Shown here: positions 19,090-28,555 of the stretch, piece by piece | Layout: every line of letters starts with the position of its first letter | Position numbering within the stretch: the stretch's first letter is position 1 | Assembly: GCA_963674945.2 (NCBI GenBank) | Contig: CAXXWQ010000003.1 | Coordinates: 2,176,001-2,240,000, forward strand | Source of the DNA: an uncultured Desulfosarcina sp. | GTDB taxonomy: Bacteria; Desulfobacterota; Desulfobacteria; Desulfobacterales; Desulfosarcinaceae | Direction of reading: 5' to 3' | DNA length: 64,000 bases | Notes under the pieces: model-generated | Database searches by the model: none | Seen by the model: only the letters and a program-made list of their open reading frames with translations | What the model was told of the DNA's origin: nothing | Position numbers and translations under genes: made by a program

Positions 19090-19549
19090 ATTTTCCACAT
19101 TCACATGTCCCTGTAACGATACCGGCACCCCCCATGGACATAGCAACAAAGGGTTTAATGGCCCCTTGCTGGAATATTTGAATTTCCAGTAATTGAAGAG
19201 ATGCAGTACTTACAGCATCTTCCGATCCATTTGATAATGGTTTATTGACCGCATCAAACTCAGCAACAGACTTGAATGAGTACGATTCATTTCCTTTATT
19301 TATAACCTTTGTTGAGTTCGCCATTAGGGTAGGGAGAACTTTGCCGACAATTTCACCTGAAATACGGGACACCGAAAATTCACTGCCTTTAAATTCTTTT
19401 TCCATGTTCGAATTTTTAAGCGAGCCGTCATCATTCAGAACATAAACATTTTTTACTATACATTTGTACATAAGATCATCAGCAGACAAAAAAGAGCACA
19501 TTGTCATTACAATAAAAATGGATAATACTCCTATGTATAGCCTTTTCAT
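19088..19549 (-). CDS. Exported hypothetical cassette protein
   Basis: AGGAG RBS, signal peptide, bounded by attC sites. Confidence 0.8.
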   Translation of the reverse strand: MKRLYIGVLSIFIVMTMCSFLSADDLMYKCIVKNVYVLNDDGSLKNSNMEKEFKGSEFSVSRISGEIVGKVLPTLMANSTKVINKGNESYSFKSVAEFDAVNKPLSNGSEDAVSTASLQLLEIQIFQQGAIKPFVAMSMGGAGIVTGTCECGK

Positions 19550-19563
19550 TGTTTTACTCCTAT

Positions 19564-19624
19564 AGTTAACGTTTTAATAACGGGCGCAACGCTTTACCGC
19601 GTCCCGTTGATTTAGATGTTAGCG
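19564..19624 (-). other. attC site
   Basis: AGTTAAC..AATAACGGGCGC/GCGTCCCGTTGATT..GTTAGCG. Confidence 0.93.
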
Positions 19625-19632
19625 AGGGTTTT

Positions 19633-20673
19633 CTAAAAAGACAAACTTCTCCAAAATTCTGGAAACAATTCCTTACAAGTTACATTTGCCATGTTTGAAT
19701 GAATAACAGAATCGAACAATTCAGATATCTGAGCATTAATTACTTCTTTATCACTTTTTGAAATACCAAGTGTGGTGGCAAAACATTTGATTTTAGAAAA
19801 ATCCACACGTTCTATTTTAGATGGTTTTAGAAGCCCCATGTTCAATTTGTGAAATGCAAAACCTAAAAAAACCAAACGATTTGCATTAGAAATTTTTTCT
19901 CTGATTGCGACAATATCACTGGATTCAGGGTTGGTCCCTTCTGTGAATGTTTTTATACCATCAGTAAGTTTTAATAATCTTTGAGCATCGGGTTCCTCTC
20001 CAAAATCGGTTGCCCTGTCTCTATTTTGCCATGGCAGATGCCCAACTTTGCCATAAGGATGAAATATATTTATAAATTTGGTTAGTTCCGCTGATTCTTC
20101 TGGAGAAATCCTATAATAGTTAATAAATGCATGGAATAAGAAGTGTTCTATACAACGATCATAATTGAAAACTATAATTGAAATTTTTTTAAGCCTTTCT
20201 TCAAGATCTTCCTTGGTGCAATTTTCAGTAATTATCTGAAAGAAAGGTAAAAACCATGTGTTTTGAAGAGAACTAAATTTTATTTTTGAGTCATGTCTAT
20301 TTTTTTCAAAGTAAAGCGATGAATTTGACTCAGCTTTCAAAATTGACCTTACAATTGCTAATTTGCCACACAAGGCTAATGACTCATTGCCCCTTTGAGA
20401 ATCAATAAAATTATCGATGGATAAAGCTTGAGGAAGTGCATCTCTAATGTGCCAAGCTTCATGCACATATGGATTAATATCACCCCTATTTCCCTCGGGG
20501 GTTTTTACATGTTCCCTTAGGGCATATGCAATTAAATGGTCGCCAGATACCATTTTATGGATATCCCAACGCAAGTCAAGGAGATCTGCGATAATACGTT
20601 TTAGTTCATAACCCGTCGGTAGGTTTACTTCCTTACTTGCGCCTGCTCCGATTATAAAGACTGTATCATTCAT
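19633..20673 (-). CDS. SIR2-like (NADase-fold) protein, stand-alone cassette
   Basis: VFIIGAGASKEVNLP, FNYDRCIE, HPYG, LVFLGFAF. Confidence 0.8.
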   Translation of the reverse strand: MNDTVFIIGAGASKEVNLPTGYELKRIIADLLDLRWDIHKMVSGDHLIAYALREHVKTPEGNRGDINPYVHEAWHIRDALPQALSIDNFIDSQRGNESLALCGKLAIVRSILKAESNSSLYFEKNRHDSKIKFSSLQNTWFLPFFQIITENCTKEDLEERLKKISIIVFNYDRCIEHFLFHAFINYYRISPEESAELTKFINIFHPYGKVGHLPWQNRDRATDFGEEPDAQRLLKLTDGIKTFTEGTNPESSDIVAIREKISNANRLVFLGFAFHKLNMGLLKPSKIERVDFSKIKCFATTLGISKSDKEVINAQISELFDSVIHSNMANVTCKELFPEFWRSLSF

Positions 20674-20700
20674 TGTCGTTCAATTCATATCATCGTTTTT

Positions 20701-20761
20701 CGCTAACGCTTTAATAACGGGCGCAACGTTTTACCGCGTCCCGTTGATTTAGATGTTAGCC
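20701..20761 (-). other. attC site (near-identical to 19564-19624)
   Basis: CGCTAAC...GTTAGCC with the same arms. Confidence 0.93.
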
Positions 20762-21276
20762 TTTATCAACTCTTCTAACAAATTTTTTTCAGGTACAATT
20801 TCAATTGTTTTTCCGACTGATGTATGAACTTGTAGTCTTAATGTCTTTAAATTATTTTCACTGCAGTCTTCAACAAAATCATTTGAGAATGAATTTATCC
20901 AACTTGACTCAATATCTAACGGAATTAAGAAGGTGCCAGATTCACCATAAGATAAGATTAGAGGACATTGAGAACTCTCGTTAGATCTAAATGGTTGTAT
21001 ACAATGTTTCTTTTTTTTCTTTTTGCCAACAGTCCAGCCAACACTATTTATTGTTACAATTCTGTCGGCAATGTTAGTGACTGTAATGCCTACATAGTTC
21101 CTTTGAGGGCTTCCATCACCATCAAAGATGACCCTCATTCCCACATAAACCTTAAGTTTGATTTTTTCTGAACGTTTTGCCAAATGGAGCGACAGAATTA
21201 CTGCTAAAAATGTTGCTATGGCCGCGAACCAAACGCCAATTGAGTTTATTATTTGAATTTTTTGATCAAATGTCAT
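20749..21276 (-). CDS. Hypothetical cassette protein with N-terminal TM helix
   Basis: Likely start MTFDQKIQ at 21276 (the upstream ORF extension lies inside the attC). Confidence 0.8.
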   Translation of the reverse strand: MTFDQKIQIINSIGVWFAAIATFLAVILSLHLAKRSEKIKLKVYVGMRVIFDGDGSPQRNYVGITVTNIADRIVTINSVGWTVGKKKKKKHCIQPFRSNESSQCPLILSYGESGTFLIPLDIESSWINSFSNDFVEDCSENNLKTLRLQVHTSVGKTIEIVPEKNLLEELIKANI

Positions 21277-21287
21277 TGGATTCTCAT

Positions 21288-21353
21288 GGCTAACGGCTGG
21301 CTGAGGGGTGCGGCGCGATTTTTGCCGCATCCCTCTCCAGCCAAGGGTTATGC
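21288..21353 (-). other. attC site
   Basis: GGCTAAC..GCTGAGGGGTGCGGC/GCCGCATCCCTCTCCAGC..GTTATGC. Confidence 0.92.
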
Positions 21354-21689
21354 AGTGTTGTTATCTTTTTTATGATCATTTGTATAACAAAAACGTACTC
21401 CAAATCCAGCTAATAGCCCGATAAGGGCACCACTTACAATTCCTCCCAAAATGCCTTTCAACTCGAAAACCTTTTCTATTAACTCAAATGACATTATCGA
21501 AGCCAACAATATCAATGGTAGTACAATAAAAGCCATTTTCATTGAAATTTTTAATGGAAACACTTTTTCGCAGTTTGGGCATCTCGCACCAGGAGATTTA
21601 TGCCAATTATTGAAAACCCATCTTGATGGTTTAACGAAAAATGGAAACGGCTTTCTACAGTTTGGGCATATTACTTTATTAATATTCAT
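21348..21689 (-). CDS. CxxC-CxxC zinc-ribbon plus two-TM hypothetical cassette protein
   Basis: CPNC...CPNC followed by two hydrophobic helices; stop in the R'' box. Confidence 0.78.
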   Translation of the reverse strand: MNINKVICPNCRKPFPFFVKPSRWVFNNWHKSPGARCPNCEKVFPLKISMKMAFIVLPLILLASIMSFELIEKVFELKGILGGIVSGALIGLLAGFGVRFCYTNDHKKDNNTA

Positions 21690-21702
21690 CTCTATCTTGT
21701 GT

Positions 21703-21833
21703 GCATAACGCTAAGCTCACAGCGGGAAGGGTAAAAGGAATATCGTAAATACTCTTGCCGGTGAGAGCTTACAAAATATCGTTTAGGTTAAAGCCGCTGG
21801 ACCCTTCCGGTTATGTGCAGCAGAAGGTTATAC
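21703..21833 (-). other. attC site (long)
   Basis: GCATAAC..GCTCACAGCGGGAAGGGT / ACCCTTCCGGTTATGTGCAGC..GTTATAC. Confidence 0.88.
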
Positions 21834-22181
21834 ACCGCCATCATCAGCTTCATCTTGCTGATCTAATGCACCAATGTTCATGAAAGATGGTGAAATTGGC
21901 ACCTTCGGTTTACTCTTAATTTTATCTATGAGATGGCATACTGTATCCCTCGATTTTTTCCAGGCGACAGCAAAGGCTATTCCAAGAAATATCCCAACAA
22001 TCCCTATAACTAAATTTATATTAAATGAGAGAGTTGGAAGGAATGTAGTTTGTTTGTTTACCTCTACAACAGCATTTATTGTGTCCTTTCGGCAACGGTG
22101 CGTAAGCAGATTTTTCTCAAGGCGGGGCTACGGTGCTGACAGAATGGCTACGTAGGCAGGGTGATAAGCCCCTGCCCACGG

Positions 22182-23741
22182 TTAGGAGTTGATTTCAGAG
22201 GTCTGCCGTTCATAATTCCACGGCATCCATTGATCCGGGCGGGCTTTCACCTGCTCTGAGTGTTCCCGGATGGCAACCAGATAGTCAAAAGGATTTGCAG
22301 TGCATAGTTCGCAGGTGTGGATCAGGCTCATAAACAGGTCACCGACTCGGGCACCACGTTCAGTCTTGTAGAACAAGGCGTTTTTCCGATTCAAAATCGC
22401 TTTTTTCAAGGCGCGTTCACAAACATTATTGTCTAACGGGGCACCCGGCTGACGTAAAAACAGGGTCAGTTTCTCCCAGTGGTTGCACATATACTTGATG
22501 GCCTGGCCAAGCCCGGAGTTGGGCTCCACATTTTTTTCCTCGAACTGCTCATCAAACCAGTCTCTAAGATCCTTCATCAACGAACCGCTATGGTTCCGAT
22601 GGTATTCGAGGCGCTGATCGTCAGAAAGGTTTTGCTCCCTGGCATCGGCATCGTTTTTATACACCTTGCCCAACACGTTGAGTACATGAGTGCATTCGTC
22701 CGGGAAGTTATCGTATACATCCACGAAGCGCCGCCTTCCATGTGAGATGCAGTTGGCCAAAAGGGTTTCAAAATCCTTGGGCACATTTCTCGACAGCGCG
22801 TCGCACATCTGGATCGGCGGACCCAGATCGGCCTGGCGCTTGGTAAGTAGATCCGCCAGGTTTTCTCCGGCATGGTTGTTTCCGGTAAAAAACAGCCCGA
22901 TTTTGTGATCGTCCGACACCGCCACCATGCCGCTGGTAAAAATGCCCTTTCTTTTGGCATCTTGTGTTTCGTTGACCAAAGAAAGAATTTTCATGGTGGT
23001 GTCGTCATTATGGATCAGCTTTGCGCCAGCCGCTTGCCGGATCAGTTCATCAAAGGCCGGGTAGGCGTGCCAATAAAAATCCCTGACAATATCCCATTGG
23101 GTCGATGCAGGCAGCGGTATGCCGATACTGTCCTGCAGATTTTGAAGCCGGTAGAAAGGAAAGCCGTTGCCATATTTTAAAAGAGCAATCATTGCTCCGG
23201 CGGATGCATCGTATTTTTCCTCGCCGACATCCCGTGGGGCATCGGCCGTAAAAATCTCTCCACACAGATTACAGCGCAATTTTTCCAGCTCGTATATCGA
23301 CGCTGTTAACGGCGAGGTGCCGGTGACACGGATGAGGGTTTTGGGCTGTTTATATACATAGACCTTGCCCTTGGGACAAAGCGGGCACGGATCTTTATGT
23401 TTAAGCTCACCATGAGACACCGTGATCTTCTCGGCACCGGTGTAATCATCAGCCCCATTTCGGCCATGGCCTTTTTTCTTGGCCTTGGGCGTTTTATCAG
23501 CGCTCTTCGGTTTTCGTTTTTTGACAATGGTATCGGTTTTTTCCGTGGATGCGCCGAAGATCATTTTCAGCAAGCGTTTGATGGATGCGGCTTTTTCATC
23601 CACACTGTGACTCAACACGTTGATCGTCTCGCCCATGGCCGCAATAGTTGCATAATCCTTATCCAAAAGGCTGCGAGATTTGACCCGATCGATCAGTGCG
23701 TTAAGCTCCTCGGCCGAAAGTTCGATGGGCGGCGGTGTCAT
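22182..23741 (-). CDS. tnpC: IS66 transposase TnpC
   Basis: IFGASTEK, PFYRLQ, HNDDT, MCDA, CISHGRRRF, LDNNVCERALK. Confidence 0.93.
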   Translation of the reverse strand: MTPPPIELSAEELNALIDRVKSRSLLDKDYATIAAMGETINVLSHSVDEKAASIKRLLKMIFGASTEKTDTIVKKRKPKSADKTPKAKKKGHGRNGADDYTGAEKITVSHGELKHKDPCPLCPKGKVYVYKQPKTLIRVTGTSPLTASIYELEKLRCNLCGEIFTADAPRDVGEEKYDASAGAMIALLKYGNGFPFYRLQNLQDSIGIPLPASTQWDIVRDFYWHAYPAFDELIRQAAGAKLIHNDDTTMKILSLVNETQDAKRKGIFTSGMVAVSDDHKIGLFFTGNNHAGENLADLLTKRQADLGPPIQMCDALSRNVPKDFETLLANCISHGRRRFVDVYDNFPDECTHVLNVLGKVYKNDADAREQNLSDDQRLEYHRNHSGSLMKDLRDWFDEQFEEKNVEPNSGLGQAIKYMCNHWEKLTLFLRQPGAPLDNNVCERALKKAILNRKNALFYKTERGARVGDLFMSLIHTCELCTANPFDYLVAIREHSEQVKARPDQWMPWNYERQTSEINS

Positions 23742-24631
23742 GCGCTTTTTCCTGCGGTAAGACGAGATCTGAACATCTTGACCAGCGGATATCCCCAAAC
23801 CGCTTTGATGGATCGGTTCGGCCGGTGGGTTTGGTCATTCTTCCCACGGCCGGTGGTATCTCCCAGGTAAATCCAGTTGGCGGCGTTGTAACAGGTGCCG
23901 GCAAACCGGTCCTTGTCCACGAAGGTTTCCAGATAATAAATGGGATGATTGTATATCGCTTGCCAATCCGTTGGCAGGATACGACGCATCCGCCCCAGAA
24001 TATGAGAGGCCAGGTGTGATACGCGAACCCAGGGCAATATCAAAAAGCGGCTGTTGTATGCCATCAAATGCAGGTTCGCCATTCGCCGATGCTGGGACCA
24101 ACCGATGAACCGGTCACGGCATCCGATATGCCTGGCGGCCGATGACCAGGACAGGCACGCGATGGGCCGCTTTTGAGAATAAACGATGTATTTCAGGTGT
24201 TCACCGACCGGCTGGGTGTAGCCCAAATAATGGTACTGTTCCAACAAGCTGTTGAACAACGGTTCGGCATCGGTTCGGCGAACCTGTCGGAATGTAAGGG
24301 GGGTAATGGCTGACAGCTTGCTTTCTATCGGGCATCGCTCAATGGTGATGTTCTCAGGCTCTTTTCGTCTGGCCAAAGGATTGTTCGGGGTCATTTTTTT
24401 GGCCGGCAATCGAATGTGCCCGGCCCGGTGAAGAGCGAGCATCAAGCCCCGGCAGACCATATCCCGAAAGGCGCCGTTGGCTTGGCGCCAATCCCAGGCT
24501 TGGCAAAGTTTGACGGAAAGGCGTCTTCGGCTGTCGCTCGGGTTTCGGTCGATCAGCTGCTGGATAAACGCCGCATCCTGAACTGTTACGGTTTTGCCGC
24601 GGTAGGTGAGAATCGTTTCCATGGTCGGCAT
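23738..24631 (-). CDS. DUF4338 / Druantia DruA-like domain protein
   Basis: HYLGY..PVGEHLKY, RDRFIGW, NSRFLILPWV...HLASHIL, LETFVD...GTCY.AANW..LG.TTGRG. Confidence 0.85.
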   Translation of the reverse strand: MPTMETILTYRGKTVTVQDAAFIQQLIDRNPSDSRRRLSVKLCQAWDWRQANGAFRDMVCRGLMLALHRAGHIRLPAKKMTPNNPLARRKEPENITIERCPIESKLSAITPLTFRQVRRTDAEPLFNSLLEQYHYLGYTQPVGEHLKYIVYSQKRPIACLSWSSAARHIGCRDRFIGWSQHRRMANLHLMAYNSRFLILPWVRVSHLASHILGRMRRILPTDWQAIYNHPIYYLETFVDKDRFAGTCYNAANWIYLGDTTGRGKNDQTHRPNRSIKAVWGYPLVKMFRSRLTAGKSA

Positions 24632-24663
24632 TCATAGCACACTCGTTACTGGAACGCAAGCCC

Positions 24664-25020
24664 CTATGCATGAATCTTTTTCCAATGCGGGGCGACCTCG
24701 ATGGTGGCAAGGTCTCCGTTCCAAATCAGCGATTGCAGTTGATACGCATTGAGCCGACGCAAGACATCATCCGTGCCATTGGGCCACCAGGTAAACCGCC
24801 CTTTCGACAGCCGCTTTTGACAAAGCCAGAATCCCTGGCCGTCGTATACAATAATTTTCAATGCCGTGGCCCGTTTGTTGCGAAAAACAAATACGGCACC
24901 GGAAAATGGGTCCGCCTTGAGATGGTCACGGCAAAGCTTGGCTAATCCGTCGATGCCTTTTCGAAAATCAGCCGGCTCCACTGCAACAAAAATCCGCATG
25001 TGTGGCGTGATGGCAATCAT
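24664..25020 (-). CDS. tnpB: IS66 accessory protein TnpB
   Basis: ADFRKGIDGL, VFVFRNKR, YDGQGFWLCQKRL. Confidence 0.95.
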   Translation of the reverse strand: MIAITPHMRIFVAVEPADFRKGIDGLAKLCRDHLKADPFSGAVFVFRNKRATALKIIVYDGQGFWLCQKRLSKGRFTWWPNGTDDVLRRLNAYQLQSLIWNGDLATIEVAPHWKKIHA

Positions 25021-25430
25021 GAAGCCATAGCCAAAAATGCTTTTCCCAGTTCCACCAGATCGGAACAGGTGGCTCCTTTTACATTCATTCTCATGACCGA
25101 ACCGTTCGTTTTGATCATTTCGATGGTGGATTCAGGTAGAAGGGGTGCCGGAGCCGGCAATTCTATAAAGGGTGTGGAGAAAATCTCGCACGGGTGTTCT
25201 TCCGGCAAGTGAGTACCGGCAACTTTTTTCTTTAACGTCGTGTAGTTTACACGCAGGGCCTTTGACAGGTGGTAGATGGAGTACTCTTCTGATAGCGCGA
25301 CCGCTGCCTGCCAAAGGTTTTGGGGAATTCGGGTGCGTTTCTTTCGCAGCTTTCGCCAGGATTCAAACCGCTGTTGAACTTGCTCAAGGCTGGGAGCGAT
25401 TATAGAAACATCTTGGATATCGTCATTCAT
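25017..25430 (-). CDS. tnpA: IS66 TnpA-like accessory protein
   Basis: FESWRK...RIPQNLWQAAV HTH; overlaps the tnpB start. Confidence 0.8.
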   Translation of the reverse strand: MNDDIQDVSIIAPSLEQVQQRFESWRKLRKKRTRIPQNLWQAAVALSEEYSIYHLSKALRVNYTTLKKKVAGTHLPEEHPCEIFSTPFIELPAPAPLLPESTIEMIKTNGSVMRMNVKGATCSDLVELGKAFLAMAS

Positions 25431-25926
25431 CGGCGGGCCTCCTTATTATTGGGGTCAACCGATAATATCCCATCTCTCAGCGGATTTCATGCACGCTTGC
25501 CGAAAACACACCATTTATTGTGCAAGGAATTCCAACTGCGAAACAGAAGATGCAGAAATCTTTCCAACTATTCTGCCCAGCATTGGCTAAATTTTGTAAT
25601 TCTTCTTCCGAAAGAGAATAATCAATCCGATTAGGATCATAATGAATATAGGACTGAGATGCTTGTTCTGTCACTCCGCACCCCCTTCCTTTTTATCACG
25701 AAGTCCTAAAACAGCTAATGCGAATAGACGTACATTACCACAATTGTTGCATACTAATGCCGCTGTTGGAATGTTTGGAGGAGGTAGAGAAATGCCTCCT
25801 TCTAGATTTGAAACCAACAATGTTACCGCCTGATCAGCTACAGACCAACTATTTTGGCCGCACACCTCACAATTAGCATTGATTTTCTTTTTATTTATCG
25901 CTTCTATTACTTTTTGCTGATAATTT

Positions 25927-28382
25927 CAGGAAACTTGATTTCCTAATTGTTGCATATGGCAAGCAAAACATAATGTAAGTGGTTGAAAAACAGAAAGATA
26001 GGAGTCTGAATCCAGCAGGCCGGTAAGGTATTGCAACCGGAAAATGAACATGGCACCTTTAACCTTATTATCTTGGCGGATAAATGAAAGGAAAAGGATG
26101 CCATGCCTCAACAGATACTACCACTTATTCCTCGCGGTGCAAGACAAATCAACGGGCTTGTCAGTGTATTTCGTGACGATACGACCTGGACCTATTTTCT
26201 ATCGACCGTTCCGATTTATTCTCACAGACAAGGCGATCAACGAATGTTTCGGATGATAACAGCCCAACTGGTTGAATCCGGAGCTTGCCGCCAGATCGAT
26301 ATCCAAAACACATTCGGCGTATCCAAGAGCAATGTCATCCGATCCGTGAACAAACTCAGGTCCGGCGGCGCCGAGGCATTTTTCGTTCAGCGGCGGGGAC
26401 GACGCGGCGGCAAGGTTTTCAAACCTGAGGTGCTTGAACAAGCCCAACGTTTACTGGATCAAGGGTGCTCGAAAAAAGATGCCGCCCTGGAACTTGGCAT
26501 TAAATACGATACGTTTCGCAAAGCTATAGATGATGGTCGGTTAATCGAATCAAGGATTGGTGAACCGTGTCTAACCAAATCAGATCGGGACATGGTCGAC
26601 ATGGCTGCTGCCGATAGTATGGGGACGGCTTGCAACCGAGTCGGGGAACGCATATTGGCATCATTGGGCAAAATGGTTGGTGCGCCGGTTCGTTTTGACA
26701 GATGCCTGGACGTTCCCAAAGCAGGCGTTCTTTGTGCGATACCGTCATTGGTGGCAAACGGGTTGTTTACCGGCGCAAAACAGTTCCTCGGCCAAGTCAA
26801 AGGCTATTACACGATCTTTCATGTCTTGTTGCTGCTTTCGTTTATGGCCTTATGCAGGATCAAGACGACAGAAAAAATACGAGGCCATGCTCCGGGAGAA
26901 TTTGGTAAGTTATTGGGCTTGGATCGTGCACCGGAGGTTCGCTGTTTGCGTTACAAGATGGATGCGTTGAGCGCAGACCACGGCGCGGAAAAGTGGGCCG
27001 CATACCTCGGTAAATACTGGATGGAACAGGCGCCCGAATCGGTTGGCGCGCTTTATGTTGACGGGCATGTACGTGTTTATCATGGAAAATTGACCCGACT
27101 ACCGCGCCGCTACGTGTCCCGGGAACGATTGTGCATGAGGGGCATTACCGACTATTGGGTTAACGATGCGATTGGCCGACCTTTTTTTGTCGTCGAAAAG
27201 CAGATCGATCCTGGATTATTGGCGGTTTTAAGAGACGATATCGTTCCCCGGTTGTTGCAAGACGTTCCGAATCAACCCGGTTTGCAGCAACTACAAGAGA
27301 ACCCATGTTTATGCCGGTTCGTTCTTGTTTTCGACAGGGAAGGATATAGTCCCGCATTCTTCAAGGAAATGTGGGATCGCCATCGAATCGGCTGCATGAC
27401 GTATCATAAGCATCCTGGTGAATCATGGCCGGAGCATTGGTTCACCGAGTATGAAGTTGCGATGCCAAACAAAGAGGTGGTGAAGATGCGGCTTTGCGAA
27501 ATGGGTAGTTTGGTGGGATCTGGTAAGGGTGCAACATGGATGCGACAAGTGCGAAAACTGACCGATTCCGGACACCAGACCAGCGTAATCAGCACCGCTT
27601 TCGATTTGCCGCATACTCAATTGGCAGCACGCATGTTCAGCCGGTGGTGTCAGGAAAACTTTTTCAACTATATGATGCAACATTTTGATATCGATGTGCT
27701 TTTAGATTATGGTGTCGTTGAATTTCCTGATACCGAACGGGTAATCAACCCCGTTTGGCGGCAATTGAATCAATCCCGTAATTCGTTGCAGAACAAGCTA
27801 CGATATCGTCGTGCCTGTTTTGCCGAGATGACCATTCACCCTGAAAATGAAGACAAACCGGTAAAGTTTAAGAAGTGGATAGAGAAAAAGGCCGAGCTGT
27901 TAGAAGAAATCGAAAAGATGGAGTATCAACTCAGCGAGTTGAAAGAAAAACGAAAACAGACAAGTAAACACATCACGTGGGGAGAACTTGAAGCAAAAGA
28001 TAAATTTTTACGTTTACAACCGGGCAGAAAACGCCTGATGGACACGGTTCGTATGATTGCATATCGTGCAGAGACGGCAATGGTTGGGTTGCTCACGGGT
28101 CCGACGGTAAACTCGTCGGATGCACGGAGTCTTCTCCAGACACTGTTCCAGACCGAAGGCGATGTACTGCCCGATATTGAAAATCAGCAATTGAATATAC
28201 GATTGCACGGCGCTTCGTTCCCAGCGGCCAATCGGGCTCTTTGCCAACTGTTTGCGCATCTGAACAGTGCGCAGGTAAAATACCCCGGTACCGAGCTGCA
28301 AATGATATTCGAACTAAATGGCTGCAGCACCTCAAATCATGCCGGAGGTGTCACATAGTTTTCCCGGAGATGCAGTGTTCTG
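25927..28382 (+). mobile_element. Unclassified DDE insertion sequence, 2456 bp
   Basis: Imperfect IRs CAGGAAACTTGATTTCC / CAGAACACTGCATCTCC; AATTT duplicated at 25922-25926 and 28383-28387. Confidence 0.88.
26103..28358 (+). CDS. 751-aa putative DDE transposase
   Basis: N-terminal HTHs; YVDGH, VFDREG, SRWCQENFF (YREK-like); fills the IS. Confidence 0.85.
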   Translation: MPQQILPLIPRGARQINGLVSVFRDDTTWTYFLSTVPIYSHRQGDQRMFRMITAQLVESGACRQIDIQNTFGVSKSNVIRSVNKLRSGGAEAFFVQRRGRRGGKVFKPEVLEQAQRLLDQGCSKKDAALELGIKYDTFRKAIDDGRLIESRIGEPCLTKSDRDMVDMAAADSMGTACNRVGERILASLGKMVGAPVRFDRCLDVPKAGVLCAIPSLVANGLFTGAKQFLGQVKGYYTIFHVLLLLSFMALCRIKTTEKIRGHAPGEFGKLLGLDRAPEVRCLRYKMDALSADHGAEKWAAYLGKYWMEQAPESVGALYVDGHVRVYHGKLTRLPRRYVSRERLCMRGITDYWVNDAIGRPFFVVEKQIDPGLLAVLRDDIVPRLLQDVPNQPGLQQLQENPCLCRFVLVFDREGYSPAFFKEMWDRHRIGCMTYHKHPGESWPEHWFTEYEVAMPNKEVVKMRLCEMGSLVGSGKGATWMRQVRKLTDSGHQTSVISTAFDLPHTQLAARMFSRWCQENFFNYMMQHFDIDVLLDYGVVEFPDTERVINPVWRQLNQSRNSLQNKLRYRRACFAEMTIHPENEDKPVKFKKWIEKKAELLEEIEKMEYQLSELKEKRKQTSKHITWGELEAKDKFLRLQPGRKRLMDTVRMIAYRAETAMVGLLTGPTVNSSDARSLLQTLFQTEGDVLPDIENQQLNIRLHGASFPAANRALCQLFAHLNSAQVKYPGTELQMIFELNGCSTSNHAGGVT

Positions 28383-28424
28383 AATTTGGGGGTAAAGCCA
28401 TAGATCTATCCTTCTTCAATTGTT

Positions 28425-28551
28425 GTATAACGCCCTGCATGACCGGACGGGAAAACAAAACCGGACTATGCAAAAGGCACTTTTAATGATGACTGCGAAA
28501 AAGTTAAAACGGCAGCGTTTTCCCGGTCCGCTGTCTATGCAGTTGTTAGGT
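28425..28551 (-). other. attC site of the first cassette
   Basis: GTATAAC..CTGCATGACCGGACGGGAAAAC / GTTTTCCCGGTCCGCTGTCTATGCAG..GTTAGGT; TCACCTAAC is complementary to GTTAGGTGA at attI. Confidence 0.92.
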
Positions 28552-28555
28552 GATT

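Larger units (their letters stand above)
22081..25511 (-). mobile_element. IS66-family element with DUF4338 passenger, 3431 bp
   Basis: IRs GTGTCCTTTCGGCAACGGTGC / GTGTGTTTTCGGCAAGCGTGC; 8-bp duplication CATTTATT at 22073-22080 and 25512-25519. Confidence 0.95.
21828..25674 (-). pseudogene. Two-TM hypothetical protein (135 aa restored), split by IS66
   Basis: Removing 22081-25511 and one CATTTATT joins MTEQASQS...GIPCTIN to AVVEVNKQ...DEADDGGV*, with the stop in the R'' box. Confidence 0.88.
25671..28401 (-). pseudogene. Zinc-ribbon protein (89 aa restored), split at codon 7 by an IS
   Basis: Removing 25927-28382 and one AATTT gives MALPPNYQQKVIEAINKKKINANCEVCGQNSW...VCNNCGNVRLF... Confidence 0.88.

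Noticed and set aside
17438..21833. Regularly spaced palindromes as a CRISPR array
   Set aside because: Units vary in sequence and length, carry RYYYAAC/GTTRRRY boxes and are separated by whole genes; there are no cas genes.
23738..24631. Complete Druantia system
   Set aside because: There is no DruE-type helicase or other Dru gene, and this gene lies inside an IS66.
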